From the NCBI GenBank assembly GCA_963675525.2, contig CAXXSL010000011.1:320001-384000 (forward strand): a DNA stretch of 64,000 nt, read 5' to 3'. The position numbers and the translations under genes are program-made. Positions 19,292-29,413 of the stretch are shown piece by piece; position 1 is the first letter of the stretch; every line of letters starts with the position of its first letter. This DNA comes from Anaerohalosphaeraceae bacterium (GTDB lineage Bacteria; Planctomycetota; Phycisphaerae; Sedimentisphaerales; Anaerohalosphaeraceae). The notes under the pieces are model-generated. The model was not told the origin of the DNA. It saw only the letters and a program-made list of their open reading frames with translations, and did no database searches.

Positions 19292-20794
19292 TCAAATAGC
19301 AATATCGTCTGCGGAACATCCGGCTGGATATTCGATCAAATCCTGCATATTTTTACCCCATTTCAAAAGCAAGGGCATCAGCAATTTCCAGGCTGATTCA
19401 ATGGAATCGGAACGAGTAAACAAGGTCTGATCGCCTAACATACAATCAAGAAGAAGTCGCTGATAGGCCTCAGGCATCTGAAAACCAAAGATTTCCTGAT
19501 AGTCCACAGCCATCTCTAATGTGCTCATACAGATTTTCGAACCGGGGCGTTTGGCCTGAAGACTCAGATAAATACCCTCATCGGGTTGAATTTGAAACCG
19601 CAGTGTGTTCTGCGGGATTTCATCGAGTCCGGCAGACATAAACATCGAATGCGGTACCCCCTTAAAAGTGATTAGAACTTCCGTCAGCTTACGATCCAAC
19701 CGTTTTCCTGTACGAAGATAAAACGGCACGCCCCTCCATCGCCAATTATCGACAAACAATTTCCCTGCGACAAACGTCTCTGTTATCGAATCAGGCAAAA
19801 CCCCTTCTTCCCGGCGATATGCGGGAACCGTTTGTCCTTCAATGACCCCCTCTTTGTATTGTGCTCGGAGAAAATCCTGCTTGAGACCCTCAGTCGCGAT
19901 GGGACGAATCGACCGTAACAATTTGGCCTTTTCATCCCGGACACTGTCGGCCGCAAAAGAAACCGGCGGTTCCATTGCTACCAGCGCCAGCATCTGCAGC
20001 ATGTGGTTTTGGAACATATCACGCAGTGCACCGGTCTTTTCGTAATAACCGGCGCGATGCTCGATACCCACTGTTTCAGAAATCGTAATCTGCACCTGCT
20101 CGATGAAGTTTCGGTTCCAGACCGGCTCAAAAATACTATTCGCAAAACGAAACATCAGTAAATTTTGAACTGTTTCCTTGCCGAGGTAATGATCGATCCG
20201 GTAAATCTGAGACTCGTCAAAATACAGATGTAGTTTTTGGTCCAATTGGCGCGCGCTGTCCAAATCGTTCCCATACGGCTTTTCAATAACCAACCGAACA
20301 TGTTCAAGCCGTCCGGATGCCGCCGGACACATCATCCGCATTTCTCCAAGCCGGTCAATGATGGTTTCATATAGAGCCGGCGGAACAGAGAGATAAAAAA
20401 TACGGTTACCGTCAATGTTATGTTTGCTGTCCAGTTCTGTAACGGCGACACAAATCTTTTCATACAGCTCATCCGAAGCATAATCGCCACTGACATAATA
20501 AAAACACCCTAAGAAGGCATTCAGTTTTTCATCGTCGATGCCTTCGCTTGATTGCCGCATTGAGGCTTCTATCGTTTTCCGGAAATTCGTATCGCTCAAT
20601 TCACTTCGCCCGCATCCGACCAGGTAAAACTCCTCGCTGATAAGCTCTCGACGATAAAGTTCATACAGACTATGATACAGCTTTCGATGTGCCAGATCGC
20701 CGGATGCCCCGAAGACAACAAAACCGGTCGGCCCCGCCACCGATTCCACGCACATCATATCCTGCCGGTTGACCTTTGCATTAATCGTTTCCAT
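19292..20794 (-). CDS. zwf: Glucose-6-phosphate 1-dehydrogenase
   Basis: FGASGDLA, EKPYG, RIDHYLGKE, RDMFQNH, WRGVPFYLRTGK. Confidence 0.95.
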   Translation of the reverse strand: METINAKVNRQDMMCVESVAGPTGFVVFGASGDLAHRKLYHSLYELYRRELISEEFYLVGCGRSELSDTNFRKTIEASMRQSSEGIDDEKLNAFLGCFYYVSGDYASDELYEKICVAVTELDSKHNIDGNRIFYLSVPPALYETIIDRLGEMRMMCPAASGRLEHVRLVIEKPYGNDLDSARQLDQKLHLYFDESQIYRIDHYLGKETVQNLLMFRFANSIFEPVWNRNFIEQVQITISETVGIEHRAGYYEKTGALRDMFQNHMLQMLALVAMEPPVSFAADSVRDEKAKLLRSIRPIATEGLKQDFLRAQYKEGVIEGQTVPAYRREEGVLPDSITETFVAGKLFVDNWRWRGVPFYLRTGKRLDRKLTEVLITFKGVPHSMFMSAGLDEIPQNTLRFQIQPDEGIYLSLQAKRPGSKICMSTLEMAVDYQEIFGFQMPEAYQRLLLDCMLGDQTLFTRSDSIESAWKLLMPLLLKWGKNMQDLIEYPAGCSADDIAI

Positions 20795-20839
20795 AATTCT
20801 TTCTGCAACACAAACTCTCTATGTTTAGAATCTTCTATG

Positions 20840-20876
20840 AAAAAGCCCCGAACAATTTTTTTACTGTTCAGGGCTT
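20840..20876 (-). terminator. Terminator after rubredoxin
   Basis: AAGCCCTGAACA...TGTTCGGGGCTT followed by a T run on the minus strand. Confidence 0.7.
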
Positions 20877-20890
20877 ATCGCAATCCGTGT

Positions 20891-21052
20891 TTAATCTTCC
20901 GGCTCGAACTCATCTTTGCCGGCACCACATTCCGGACAGACCCAGTCATCCGGAATATCTTCAAAAGCCGTTCCGGGATCAATGCCGTTATCGGGGTCGC
21001 CTGCTTCGGGATCATAAATATAGCCGCATAAGACACATTTGTACTTCTTCAT
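20891..21052 (-). CDS. Rubredoxin (53 aa; absent from the supplied ORF track)
   Basis: Manual translation [53 protein letters not shown]; two CxxC; GAAAGGA RBS. Confidence 0.95.
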   Translation of the reverse strand: MKKYKCVLCGYIYDPEAGDPDNGIDPGTAFEDIPDDWVCPECGAGKDEFEPED

Positions 21053-21116
21053 CGCTGATTTCCTTTCTGATTCAAATCTAAATTCCGGAATTATTATATG
21101 ACTGAGCTTATTATGC

Positions 21117-21596
21117 TTACTTCTGAGACAAGGTCAACCCCTCAAACAGAATTTGTATCGCTTCGGCGGGTTCGACTCTGAAAAATGCCCCTCGCCCCTC
21201 AAAAAAACCGTGTGTTTCGATCATGTGGATATTCAGGTCCGTCCACGACAGCTTTTGACGGGTATCAAGACGCTCAGCAGTAATAATACGTTTATCAAAC
21301 CGCCCCGAATGCGGCCAGGGACACACCAGCGACCCTTTGAAATCTTCGCTTTTGACACGCAGCTTTCCGGTCTCGGCCTCGACCCAACTGCCAAGTCGGG
21401 GACCGGCCAGTTCGGTTAATTCCCGCATCCGCAGAGCAACTCTTTCGGCCGTAAAACCAATTCTTTCCAATTCGGCCGCATCATCCCCAATAACTTCAGT
21501 CGGGTGGCGGGAATCGGTTCCCATGAACCCTCCGGCAACCAGTTTCGTCGAGCGAAGCATCTCTTCCAGCTTTTTTTCCTGCGGAGACTGTTTCAT
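21117..21596 (-). CDS. Hypothetical soluble protein, possible metal-binding (CPWPH; HMIETH)
   Basis: Clean 159-aa ORF 15 nt after nqrF with an RBS-like GGAAGGGG; no family recognised. Confidence 0.7.
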   Translation of the reverse strand: MKQSPQEKKLEEMLRSTKLVAGGFMGTDSRHPTEVIGDDAAELERIGFTAERVALRMRELTELAGPRLGSWVEAETGKLRVKSEDFKGSLVCPWPHSGRFDKRIITAERLDTRQKLSWTDLNIHMIETHGFFEGRGAFFRVEPAEAIQILFEGLTLSQK

Positions 21597-21611
21597 TTTG
21601 GGTCCCCTTCC

Positions 21612-22712
21612 TTATGCAAATTTATCGTAATAGATTTTATCTTCCAGCATCCCCAGCGAAACAAATACTTTGGCTGCCGCATCGATCATGCCGGGACTGC
21701 CGCACAGATAGCCTTCATGACCACTTAAATCTTTGTATTGCCGATGGACCGCTTCGGTTACCAAGCCCGTTTCGCCAGACCAGCTTTCGTCTTCTTCCGG
21801 ATTGGCCACAACAGGGACAAACTCAAACCCTTCTAATGCATCCTCGAAGGCTTTCATTTCATCCGTCATGCAGAGGTCTTTGGTGCTATTGCCACCGAAA
21901 AAGTATTTGGCTTTTCTTTTACTATTAGTGTTCTGCATATGATGGAGGATCGACACGAACGGGGCCATGCCGCTGCCGCCGGCAACAAATACCATCGGGG
22001 CATCCGTGTCGCTCAAACGGAAATCGCCATACGGACCATTCATCTTCACCGGGTCGCCTTCTTTTAAATGCTCAAAGCACCATGTTGTACAGATGCCATT
22101 GGGTACCCGTCGAATGATCAAGTCGATCAGATTGTTTGCGGCCGGATCCGAAGCAATCGAATAGGCTCGATAGACTTCTTCGCTGCTGCCTTTGTATTTC
22201 GGGCAAAATAACTGCATATACTGACCGGCAACAAATTTAGCCGTCGGCGGGTCTTTCAGTTCAAAACGAAACCGCTTCATGTCATAGGTCAATTCTTCGA
22301 TTTTCGCACAGACACTGTCGTATTCGCGCACATTAAACAATTCATCCGGAATCTCGATGAGAATATCGTTACGAACCTTAACCTGACAGGACAGCCGGAC
22401 ATTATCGGCCTGCTCTTCTTTGGTCAAAAAAGGAGTTTCCGTCGCCAGCACCGGCCCGGCGCCCTCCGGTACCTTGACCTTGCAGACGCCGCAGGTTCCC
22501 CGTCCGCCGCAGGCGCTGGGAATAAAAATCTTTTCATCCCGCAAAACTGTCAACAGGGGTTTGCCGCCCTGAATATCCAATTCCTTTTCACCGTTGATGG
22601 TTATTTTGCAGGGGCCGTAGTTAACCACATACTTTTCACACAAGACTAACAACAGCGCAAGGCCGGCGCTGATCGAACTGATAATCAGAATGGTAAGAAT
22701 GAAATCTATCAT
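21612..22712 (-). CDS. nqrF: NqrF-like subunit (TM anchor, [2Fe-2S], FAD/NAD-binding)
   Basis: N-terminal TM; PSACGGRGTCGVC...RLSCQ; RAYSIAS; GPYG; AGGSGMAP; YLCGSPGM; YDKF. Confidence 0.82.
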   Translation of the reverse strand: MIDFILTILIISSISAGLALLLVLCEKYVVNYGPCKITINGEKELDIQGGKPLLTVLRDEKIFIPSACGGRGTCGVCKVKVPEGAGPVLATETPFLTKEEQADNVRLSCQVKVRNDILIEIPDELFNVREYDSVCAKIEELTYDMKRFRFELKDPPTAKFVAGQYMQLFCPKYKGSSEEVYRAYSIASDPAANNLIDLIIRRVPNGICTTWCFEHLKEGDPVKMNGPYGDFRLSDTDAPMVFVAGGSGMAPFVSILHHMQNTNSKRKAKYFFGGNSTKDLCMTDEMKAFEDALEGFEFVPVVANPEEDESWSGETGLVTEAVHRQYKDLSGHEGYLCGSPGMIDAAAKVFVSLGMLEDKIYYDKFA

Positions 22713-22714
22713 TG

Positions 22715-23010
22715 TCAATAAATGGTACAGTAAATACCCAAAAATACAAACATCACAATTACTAGGAGTTCAAGCATAATAATGCTTCGTTTTAATCTTT
22801 TTAGCGTTTTATCATCAGTTTGAAAATAAGACAATTCTTTAGAATAACGTAAAATTTGTATGGTGCCAAAGCAGAAAGGAAGGATTCTTTTTTTCTGTCC
22901 GGGCATATTTTTCTAAGCCTGTTTTCAAAACTAAACATAAAAGAAAACATCACTATAAACAGACATAACAAAAAAGCCGCTGCTATATACGTTATGGTAA
23001 AAGGCGACAT
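22715..23010 (-). pseudogene. Small two-TM membrane protein gene split by a frameshift
   Basis: ORFs 22801..23010 and 22715..22906 each carry one TM and join in frame by a -1 shift at the A7 run (22888-22894). The ends abut the nqrE stop and the nqrF start. Confidence 0.55.
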
Positions 23011-23609
23011 TAATTCAAAACTCCCGTAAATCCGATAAATGCCAACGCCATCAGCCCGGCAATGATCAATGTGATCCCCGGACCGCGAAGCCCTTCGGGC
23101 ACGCGTGACTCATTGAGCCGGGTGCGGATGCCCGCCATCGCCAATATCGCCAGCAGCCAACCAACTCCGGCGCCGAATCCATAACCGATGGTCTGGATGA
23201 ATGAGTATTCCCTGATCACCATAAATAATGAAGCGCCAAGAATCGCGCAATTCACCGTAATCAACGGTAGAAAAATACCGAGACTCTGGTAGAGCTTTGG
23301 TGAATACCGGTCAATCACCATTTCGACGAATTGTACGAACGCCGCAATAATAATAATAAACAGAATGAAGCGAAAGAATTCCAGTTCCAGCGGAATCAAA
23401 ACATATTTATACGCCAGCCAGTTCAACGCTGTGGTAAAGGTCATCACGAAAACCACCGCTCCGCCGAGTCCCGCAGCGGTTTTAACTTCACGCGAAACAC
23501 TGGTAAACGGACACATGCCCAAAAAGGTTGTCAGCAAAATATTTTGGGTAAATATCGCTGCAAAGCAGGTCACCAATGCAAGCCACATTTCAGAACCGAT
23601 GCCGCTCAT
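23010..23609 (-). CDS. nqrE: NqrE/RnfA-family membrane subunit
   Basis: NILLTTFLGMCPF, LGIFLPLITVNCAILG. Confidence 0.82.
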   Translation of the reverse strand: MSGIGSEMWLALVTCFAAIFTQNILLTTFLGMCPFTSVSREVKTAAGLGGAVVFVMTFTTALNWLAYKYVLIPLELEFFRFILFIIIIAAFVQFVEMVIDRYSPKLYQSLGIFLPLITVNCAILGASLFMVIREYSFIQTIGYGFGAGVGWLLAILAMAGIRTRLNESRVPEGLRGPGITLIIAGLMALAFIGFTGVLN

Positions 23610-24232
23610 GGTTTCGCCTCCTTCGACTTAATGGACCGACACAACCAGATCACACATGCCAGCGTAAAGAATGCCCCCGGCGGCATCACCATGATGATCC
23701 ACTTGTCCCAGTACGGACTCGAAAAATACGGTACCGCAAAACCGAGAACGGTTCCCATTCCCAGTATTTCACGAACCACTGAAATCGCAAGCAGTATCAA
23801 TGAATAGCCCAGTCCACTGAAGAACCCGTCCACAAAAGAGGATCCCGGCGGATTTGATCCGGCAAAGGCTTCACACCGCCCCATGATAATGCAATTAGTG
23901 ATGATCAGGCCGACATACGGACCGAGGTTGCGGCTCATTTCCGGCCAATACGCCCGAAGCATAAGATCCACGATGATGACATAAAAAGCGATGATCAGCG
24001 TTTGCACCATCATACGAATGTTTCGCGGTGTCCAGTGCCGCAGCAGCGATACCGTCAGGCAACTCAACGCCGTTACCAGTGTTAAGGAAGTACACATGAC
24101 GGCAGTATTCAAAACAACATTGGTCACAGCCAGTGCACTGCAAATCCCCAACACCTGCCGGAAGATGGGATTGTCCCGCCAGATACCATTGAGAGCAAGG
24201 TCTTTGGTTGATTTGGAGGGTTGCGGGCTCAT
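23606..24232 (-). CDS. nqrD: NqrD/RnfE-family membrane subunit
   Basis: NPIFRQVLGICSALAVT, VGLIITNCIIMGR, RE(I)LG, PPGAF. Confidence 0.85.
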   Translation of the reverse strand: MSPQPSKSTKDLALNGIWRDNPIFRQVLGICSALAVTNVVLNTAVMCTSLTLVTALSCLTVSLLRHWTPRNIRMMVQTLIIAFYVIIVDLMLRAYWPEMSRNLGPYVGLIITNCIIMGRCEAFAGSNPPGSSFVDGFFSGLGYSLILLAISVVREILGMGTVLGFAVPYFSSPYWDKWIIMVMPPGAFFTLACVIWLCRSIKSKEAKP

Positions 24233-24843
24233 GGCTGCTCCTCCGCGGGTTTAACCGATTGAAACCACTCAGACAACCCGTCATTAATTAGTTTTTCCAA
24301 TCGAATACAGGTTTGGGTGGCCCCGGTAATGGAATGTACCTGATTTTCTCGAAGTGCTTCACTGGAGGGCTTGATCGCTATCGGTTTATCAGTCTGCGAA
24401 ATCGTTTTGCCGATAAACTGGCCGCGGAAATCCTCTTCGACAATTCGTGCTCCCAGTCCCGGCGTTTCACTTTGCTCATAAAAGGAAATCCCCGTGATCG
24501 TTCGCTTATCGAGAGCCAAACCAACAACGCCTTTGATCGGCGCCCAGAAACCCTGCCCTTCGACCGGGATCACATAGCCGGCAATCTCTCGATCCTTATA
24601 ATAGAGATACGCCCCGCCCATTTCCGGTGTTTTCGCAAATTGATCAGTAAAGATACGATGAATATCCGCATTGCTTTCAACGGCAATCTCCGGAAAAACA
24701 GCAAGAACCGCCCTCTCGAATGCAAGCTGCTCGTTGGCATTGACACGATCCCGCGTCAACCGCGAAAAACCGATGAGCACCGTACTGAAAAATGCCGTCA
24801 CGACAAACATATATATAACCGCAAAGTAAGGCTTATCTTTCAT
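24229..24843 (-). CDS. nqrC: NqrC/RnfG-family FMN-binding subunit
   Basis: N-terminal TM; GFWAPI; ETPGLG; flavinylation motif SITGATQT. Confidence 0.82.
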   Translation of the reverse strand: MKDKPYFAVIYMFVVTAFFSTVLIGFSRLTRDRVNANEQLAFERAVLAVFPEIAVESNADIHRIFTDQFAKTPEMGGAYLYYKDREIAGYVIPVEGQGFWAPIKGVVGLALDKRTITGISFYEQSETPGLGARIVEEDFRGQFIGKTISQTDKPIAIKPSSEALRENQVHSITGATQTCIRLEKLINDGLSEWFQSVKPAEEQP

Positions 24844-25922
24844 GCGACGGCCTCCTTTGCTTTGAGTTTCGCTTTTTGCCTGTCCTGAAATGCTTTGACT
24901 CCGTAATCAATAATTGGTGCAAACATATTGCCCAGAAGAATTCCGAACATCAGACCGCCGTTAAAGATCGAAAAATTGCGGATGACCAGCGTGGCAACCG
25001 CGATAAGGATACCATAAAAGACTTTACCGGGCTCTGTCCTGGGCGAACTGACCGGATCGGTGGCCATAAAAAATGCCCCAAACAAAAATCCGCCGCCTAA
25101 TACAGCAGGCCACGCGCCGGGAACGGGTTCAACTCGGCACCAGTACAGAACTTGATTCAAAGCAGCGTACGTTATGATGACAGATAAAATGGTCGTGCGG
25201 CTGGCAATTTTTTTCCAAAAGAGATAAATGCCGCCGATTAAAATGAGCAAGGCGCTGGTTACCCCCATCGTCCCACTGATTCGACCCAGAGCAAGTCCCT
25301 TCAACAAAGCCATTCGGCTGACGTTCTCCGCCTGGCCTTCTGCCACCTTAAACGGTATACGGTCGTTTGTCTCATCAGGGTTAGATTCGGGCGATAAAAC
25401 CAGTCCGCCTGCTTTTAAATTCGCCATAGGTGTGGCACTGGTCACCGCAAAAGTCCCATCGGATCGCTTGGCACTGGACCACAGACTGACAGCCCCCATC
25501 GGGCCTTCTGCCGGGGGGTACCAAACACCCGTCAAAGCAATCGGAAAACAGATATAGACAAAACAGCGGCCTGCCAATGCGGGATTGAAAATATTGCGGC
25601 CAAAGCCGCCGAAGACTTCCTTGGAAAAGATAACCGCAACCGCCATCCCCACGGCCAACACATGCCAGCCGACACCCGGCGGCATCACGAGTGCAAACAG
25701 AACGGCTGTGACAAAAACCGCTTCAGAAACCGGTTCTTTCCGGCGGCGACAAAACAACCACTCAAGGAAAAAACCCCACCCACAGCAAAAAAGAATCATG
25801 GCCAGGGAACGCCATCCGAAATAATAGACCGACCCAAAAATACAAGGCACAAGGGCAAGCAATACTTTCCGCATCGCCGGTTGTGTTCGCAACAGTGTTT
25901 GTTTCTTCTGTGCCTGCGCCAT
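24840..25922 (-). CDS. nqrB: NqrB/RnfD-family membrane subunit
   Basis: KEVFGGFGRNIFNPAL, flavinylation-type TSATP, FFMATDPVSSP, GNMFAPIID; short N-terminus. Confidence 0.82.
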   Translation of the reverse strand: MAQAQKKQTLLRTQPAMRKVLLALVPCIFGSVYYFGWRSLAMILFCCGWGFFLEWLFCRRRKEPVSEAVFVTAVLFALVMPPGVGWHVLAVGMAVAVIFSKEVFGGFGRNIFNPALAGRCFVYICFPIALTGVWYPPAEGPMGAVSLWSSAKRSDGTFAVTSATPMANLKAGGLVLSPESNPDETNDRIPFKVAEGQAENVSRMALLKGLALGRISGTMGVTSALLILIGGIYLFWKKIASRTTILSVIITYAALNQVLYWCRVEPVPGAWPAVLGGGFLFGAFFMATDPVSSPRTEPGKVFYGILIAVATLVIRNFSIFNGGLMFGILLGNMFAPIIDYGVKAFQDRQKAKLKAKEAVA

Positions 25923-25963
25923 TGTCGCCGAATCCGTTCAAAGCCCCCTGTTATCGTGTCACT

Positions 25964-26002
25964 AAATAAATCGGCGCAGACATCACGGCTTGCCTGCGCC
26001 GA
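25964..26002 (-). terminator. Hairpin (partial terminator or mRNA-stability stem) upstream of nqrB
   Basis: TCGGCGCAG...CTGCGCCGA stem followed by TTTATTT on the minus strand. Confidence 0.45.
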
Positions 26003-26013
26003 ATAGTTTTTGC

Positions 26014-26505
26014 CTATTTAATTGCCTGAAGCTTGGCACCAATGCTTGAAACATGCGCCATTTCTTCAATAATGATGGACTGTATCTTATCCTTGCCGGC
26101 TTTGTTCGGCACCAAATCCTTAATGCCCACATAAAACGCAATTGAATTTTTCTCGGCCTGCAACGCAATTTTCAGCGTTTCGGTCATGCTTTCCTGGCCG
26201 CTCAACGTTTCAGTTGCACTGATTTTTCCTTCGGTTCCATGAAAATACGCCAGCGTTTGCAAATACTGAGCCACTTCATTATCCGGGTCAAATGTCGTCG
26301 ACTCTTTTTCCGCGTCGGAAAGTTCTTTCCGCATCTGCACAAATGTTTTCTCGTGCCCGTCTTCCATCGCAGCCAACTCCAGCAGCATCTTTTTTATGTC
26401 CGCATCGGAGGCTTTTTGGGCGGCTTCACGATAAAACCGCGCTCCATTCCGTTCAATCTCTTCGGCCATTTCGTAGACTTCATCCGCATTAAATGTGATA
26501 CTCAT
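26014..26505 (-). CDS. Rubrerythrin-like ferritin-family protein without rubredoxin domain
   Basis: EIERNGARFY, MEDGH, AEKNSIAFY, EEMAH. Confidence 0.85.
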   Translation of the reverse strand: MSITFNADEVYEMAEEIERNGARFYREAAQKASDADIKKMLLELAAMEDGHEKTFVQMRKELSDAEKESTTFDPDNEVAQYLQTLAYFHGTEGKISATETLSGQESMTETLKIALQAEKNSIAFYVGIKDLVPNKAGKDKIQSIIIEEMAHVSSIGAKLQAIK

Positions 26506-26536
26506 CAAATATCTCCTTGATTCTCAAAATTTAAGG

Positions 26537-27049
26537 TTATTCTTGTGCGGCAGGCGGTACAAAAACGCGCTGTCCCATTTCCTTATCTAGCATATACAAG
26601 CCGCCGGCTGTCTGTCCAACAATTTCAAGTTTACCCAAAACGTCCATGGCTGTTGCTTCTTCCTCGATTTGCTCGTTGACAAACCACTGAAGAAACATGT
26701 TGGCCGCATGGTCCTTTTCTTCGATCGCGATATCCACCAAACCGTTGATCAGGCCTGTGACAATCTGTTCATGTTTCAGCCCGGCTTCGAAGACCGCCTT
26801 GACGCTGTTCCATTGGACCGGTGGGGCATCGATCGCCGTCAGCACGACACTGCCGTCGCGTTCGATAATATGGCCGTAAAACTTCGCGGCATGGGTCATT
26901 TCCTCCTGGGCCTGAATCCGCATCCAATTGGCAAAACCGGGAAGGTTCATCTTTTCCAGCGCCGCAGACATCGACCAATATAAATAGGCCGAATAAGTTT
27001 CGGCATTGATCTGTTGATTAAACGCCTGCTCTATCTTTTTGTTTATCAT
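26537..27049 (-). CDS. ftnA: Non-heme ferritin
   Basis: QINAETYSAYLY, EEMTHA, HEQ, FLQWFVNEQIEEE, LDKE. Confidence 0.93.
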   Translation of the reverse strand: MINKKIEQAFNQQINAETYSAYLYWSMSAALEKMNLPGFANWMRIQAQEEMTHAAKFYGHIIERDGSVVLTAIDAPPVQWNSVKAVFEAGLKHEQIVTGLINGLVDIAIEEKDHAANMFLQWFVNEQIEEEATAMDVLGKLEIVGQTAGGLYMLDKEMGQRVFVPPAAQE

Positions 27050-27099
27050 GGGTTTCTCCTACACTGCCGGAAAACATCCGCGTGTTTCCATAGGTTCTT

Positions 27100-27474
27100 T
27101 TATGCTTTCCACAATCCGTGCAGATTACAATGTTCACGGGCACTGACCTGGGTCGCTGTGACCATAAAGGTCGCCTCCGGTGCATCGCCCGGACTGAGGA
27201 ATTGACGATAAGCCTTTCCATCGGCCAACAATTCAATCCATTCAATAGAATGCTCATCTGTCATCGGATGCGCAACGGAGCCGATCTTAACCGTGTAGCC
27301 GCCGCTGATCTTTTCGATAACGGGCACATGTTTTTCTTTTGCCGCGTCAGTCGTGTTCTCGGTCAGTTTCTTCATCGGCTCGCCGCAGCAAACCAGTTCA
27401 CCGTCACCACCATGAAGGACCTCGACAATATTTCCACATAATGAACACTTATAAATCTCAAGTTTAGCTGCCAT
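27100..27474 (-). CDS. dfx: Desulfoferrodoxin (2Fe superoxide reductase)
   Basis: [12 protein letters not shown]...CCG, EKHVP, HPM...HSIEWI, CNLHGLW. Confidence 0.95.
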   Translation of the reverse strand: MAAKLEIYKCSLCGNIVEVLHGGDGELVCCGEPMKKLTENTTDAAKEKHVPVIEKISGGYTVKIGSVAHPMTDEHSIEWIELLADGKAYRQFLSPGDAPEATFMVTATQVSAREHCNLHGLWKA

Positions 27475-27516
27475 TTTTAAATCCCTTTCCAAAAGTTTTC
27501 ATTTCCCTTCGGTCAA

Positions 27517-28698
27517 CTATAGAATACCTAAATCCCTGTGTTTGGCAAGGATATTATCCGCCAATTCGTCGAGCGCCGAATACGATTCTTCAGTCGCCAT
27601 GCCTTTTGACATAACCGGTTCAAAAACCTCGGCCTTTATATTCCCGGTCAGGCTGGTGATCTGCTCGACCATTTTACTGCCCCAGCCGTAAGAACCGACA
27701 ATCCCAAAGTATTTTGTCTTGGGGCGAAGGGCATTCAGTAACGCAGCACAATAAACCGCCGACGGATGAGCACCGACCAGTACCGTCGGAGAACCCAGGA
27801 TAACCGTCGCCGCATCGACCAGCTCGATCACCATCTCACCGATATCAGCCACTGTCAGGTTAAATTGTCGAACGCCAACTCCCCTGTCAATGAGTGCCTC
27901 CACAAGGTACTCGACCATCTTCTGGGTACTGTCGTGCATCGAAACATAGGGCACGACAACTTTGTTGACGACCTTTTCTTCGTCCACCCACTCTTCATAG
28001 GCCTTCATGATCATGCCTGGCCGTTGATAGACCGGGCCGTGACTGGGGGCGATCATTTTAATATCCAGCCCCTCCAGTTTTTTGAGGTTTCCGCGGATGG
28101 AACTGCGAAACGGCATCATGATTTCACCGTAATACCGTTTGGCAGCTTCACATGTTTTATGTTCGTTGGTAACAAACAGGTCCCCCGTCGCCTGGTGCGA
28201 TCCAAAGAAATCACACGAGAACAGGATACCGTCCTCCGCCATCCAGGTACTCATTGTTTCCGGCCAGTGTACCCACGGAGTATAAATAAACTGCAGGGTT
28301 TTATCGCCCAGCGAAAGCGTCTGCCCCTCTTCGATCACAATAAATCGGTCTTCTTCGAGATGCAGATGTGAGATCAGCATGTCCTTACATTTGGGATTCG
28401 TAACAACCTTCGCATCCGGATACATCATGAGCATGTCGGGAATACTGCCGGAGTGATCCTGCTCTGCGTGGTGGCTGATTATGTAATCAATATGGTCGGC
28501 ACCGGCCTTGACAAGATGATCGATCAACAGGTCAGTCATTTCCGGATCAACGGTATCCAGCAGCGCAATCTTTTCGGACCCTTTGACCAGATAAGCATTA
28601 TAACTTGTCCCATCAGGCAGCGGAATCAACTCGTCAAATAGACGGCGGTCCCAATGCTGAACGCCAACCGCATAAACATTGTTTGCTATGATTCTCAT
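27517..28698 (-). CDS. fprA: Class A flavodiiron protein (O2/NO reductase)
   Basis: GTSYNAYL, HAEQDH, VHWPE, SCDFFG, APSHG, flavodoxin domain (GSPT, GSYGW). Confidence 0.93.
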   Translation of the reverse strand: MRIIANNVYAVGVQHWDRRLFDELIPLPDGTSYNAYLVKGSEKIALLDTVDPEMTDLLIDHLVKAGADHIDYIISHHAEQDHSGSIPDMLMMYPDAKVVTNPKCKDMLISHLHLEEDRFIVIEEGQTLSLGDKTLQFIYTPWVHWPETMSTWMAEDGILFSCDFFGSHQATGDLFVTNEHKTCEAAKRYYGEIMMPFRSSIRGNLKKLEGLDIKMIAPSHGPVYQRPGMIMKAYEEWVDEEKVVNKVVVPYVSMHDSTQKMVEYLVEALIDRGVGVRQFNLTVADIGEMVIELVDAATVILGSPTVLVGAHPSAVYCAALLNALRPKTKYFGIVGSYGWGSKMVEQITSLTGNIKAEVFEPVMSKGMATEESYSALDELADNILAKHRDLGIL

Positions 28699-28730
28699 GG
28701 TGTCACCTTAATCAGTTATTGATTTCGCAA

Positions 28731-29246
28731 TTACAAAATTTCCTTGACCGCACTGACAGCCGCTTCGTAATTCGGTTCATGTGTAACCTCGGGTACAACC
28801 TGAACATACCGAACAACTCCGTCACGGTCAATCACCAGTACGGCACGGGTCAGAAGCCGAAGCCCTTTAATCAATAACCCGTACTTTGTCCCAAAGTCCG
28901 CCTGCTGATAATCCGAAACAGTTGTAACCTGTTCGATACCGGCCGCACCGCACCAGCGGTTCTGCGCAAACGGCAAATCCATACTGATCGTCAAAATAAC
29001 GACCTCTTTGCCGAGTTTGCCGGCTTCCTCGTTGAATTTCCGGGTTTGCGTATCGCAAACGGGCGTATCCAGCGAAGGAATGGCTGATATAATGACGACA
29101 CGACCCTTAAAATCTGAAAGCTTTACAGCAGAAAGGTCATTGCCTGAAACAGTAAAATCCGGAGCCGCCTGACCAACCTTGATTTCCGACCCGACAAGCG
29201 TCAGCGGGTTGCCTTTCATTGTCACTGCATTTTCTCGTTCCTGCAT
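28731..29246 (-). CDS. tpx: Thiol peroxidase Tpx
   Basis: PSLDTPVC, SMDLPFAQNRWC, EPNYE. GAAAGGA RBS before ATG 29246. Confidence 0.93.
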   Translation of the reverse strand: MQERENAVTMKGNPLTLVGSEIKVGQAAPDFTVSGNDLSAVKLSDFKGRVVIISAIPSLDTPVCDTQTRKFNEEAGKLGKEVVILTISMDLPFAQNRWCGAAGIEQVTTVSDYQQADFGTKYGLLIKGLRLLTRAVLVIDRDGVVRYVQVVPEVTHEPNYEAAVSAVKEIL

Positions 29247-29413
29247 AATAGGATTCCTTTCACAACTACCGTAGTGTAATAAAATACCGCATATGATTGC
29301 AATAATCAAAAAGCGTTTTTCCATTTCCCATCACTTTTCAGTTGAATAACCGGGCTGCCGACTCTCTCTCGGCAGTCGGAAACCCGGTACGTGCCCATTC
29401 AAAACCGATTATT

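Noticed and set aside
19292..19330. zwf C-terminal truncation as pseudogenisation
   Set aside because: It ends shortly after YPAG, but all catalytic motifs are present and the 500-aa length is normal.
29247..29324. Signal-peptide-like N-terminal extension making Tpx an exported lipoprotein
   Set aside because: A strong RBS precedes ATG 29246, which gives a normal-length Tpx; the extension is probably untranslated.
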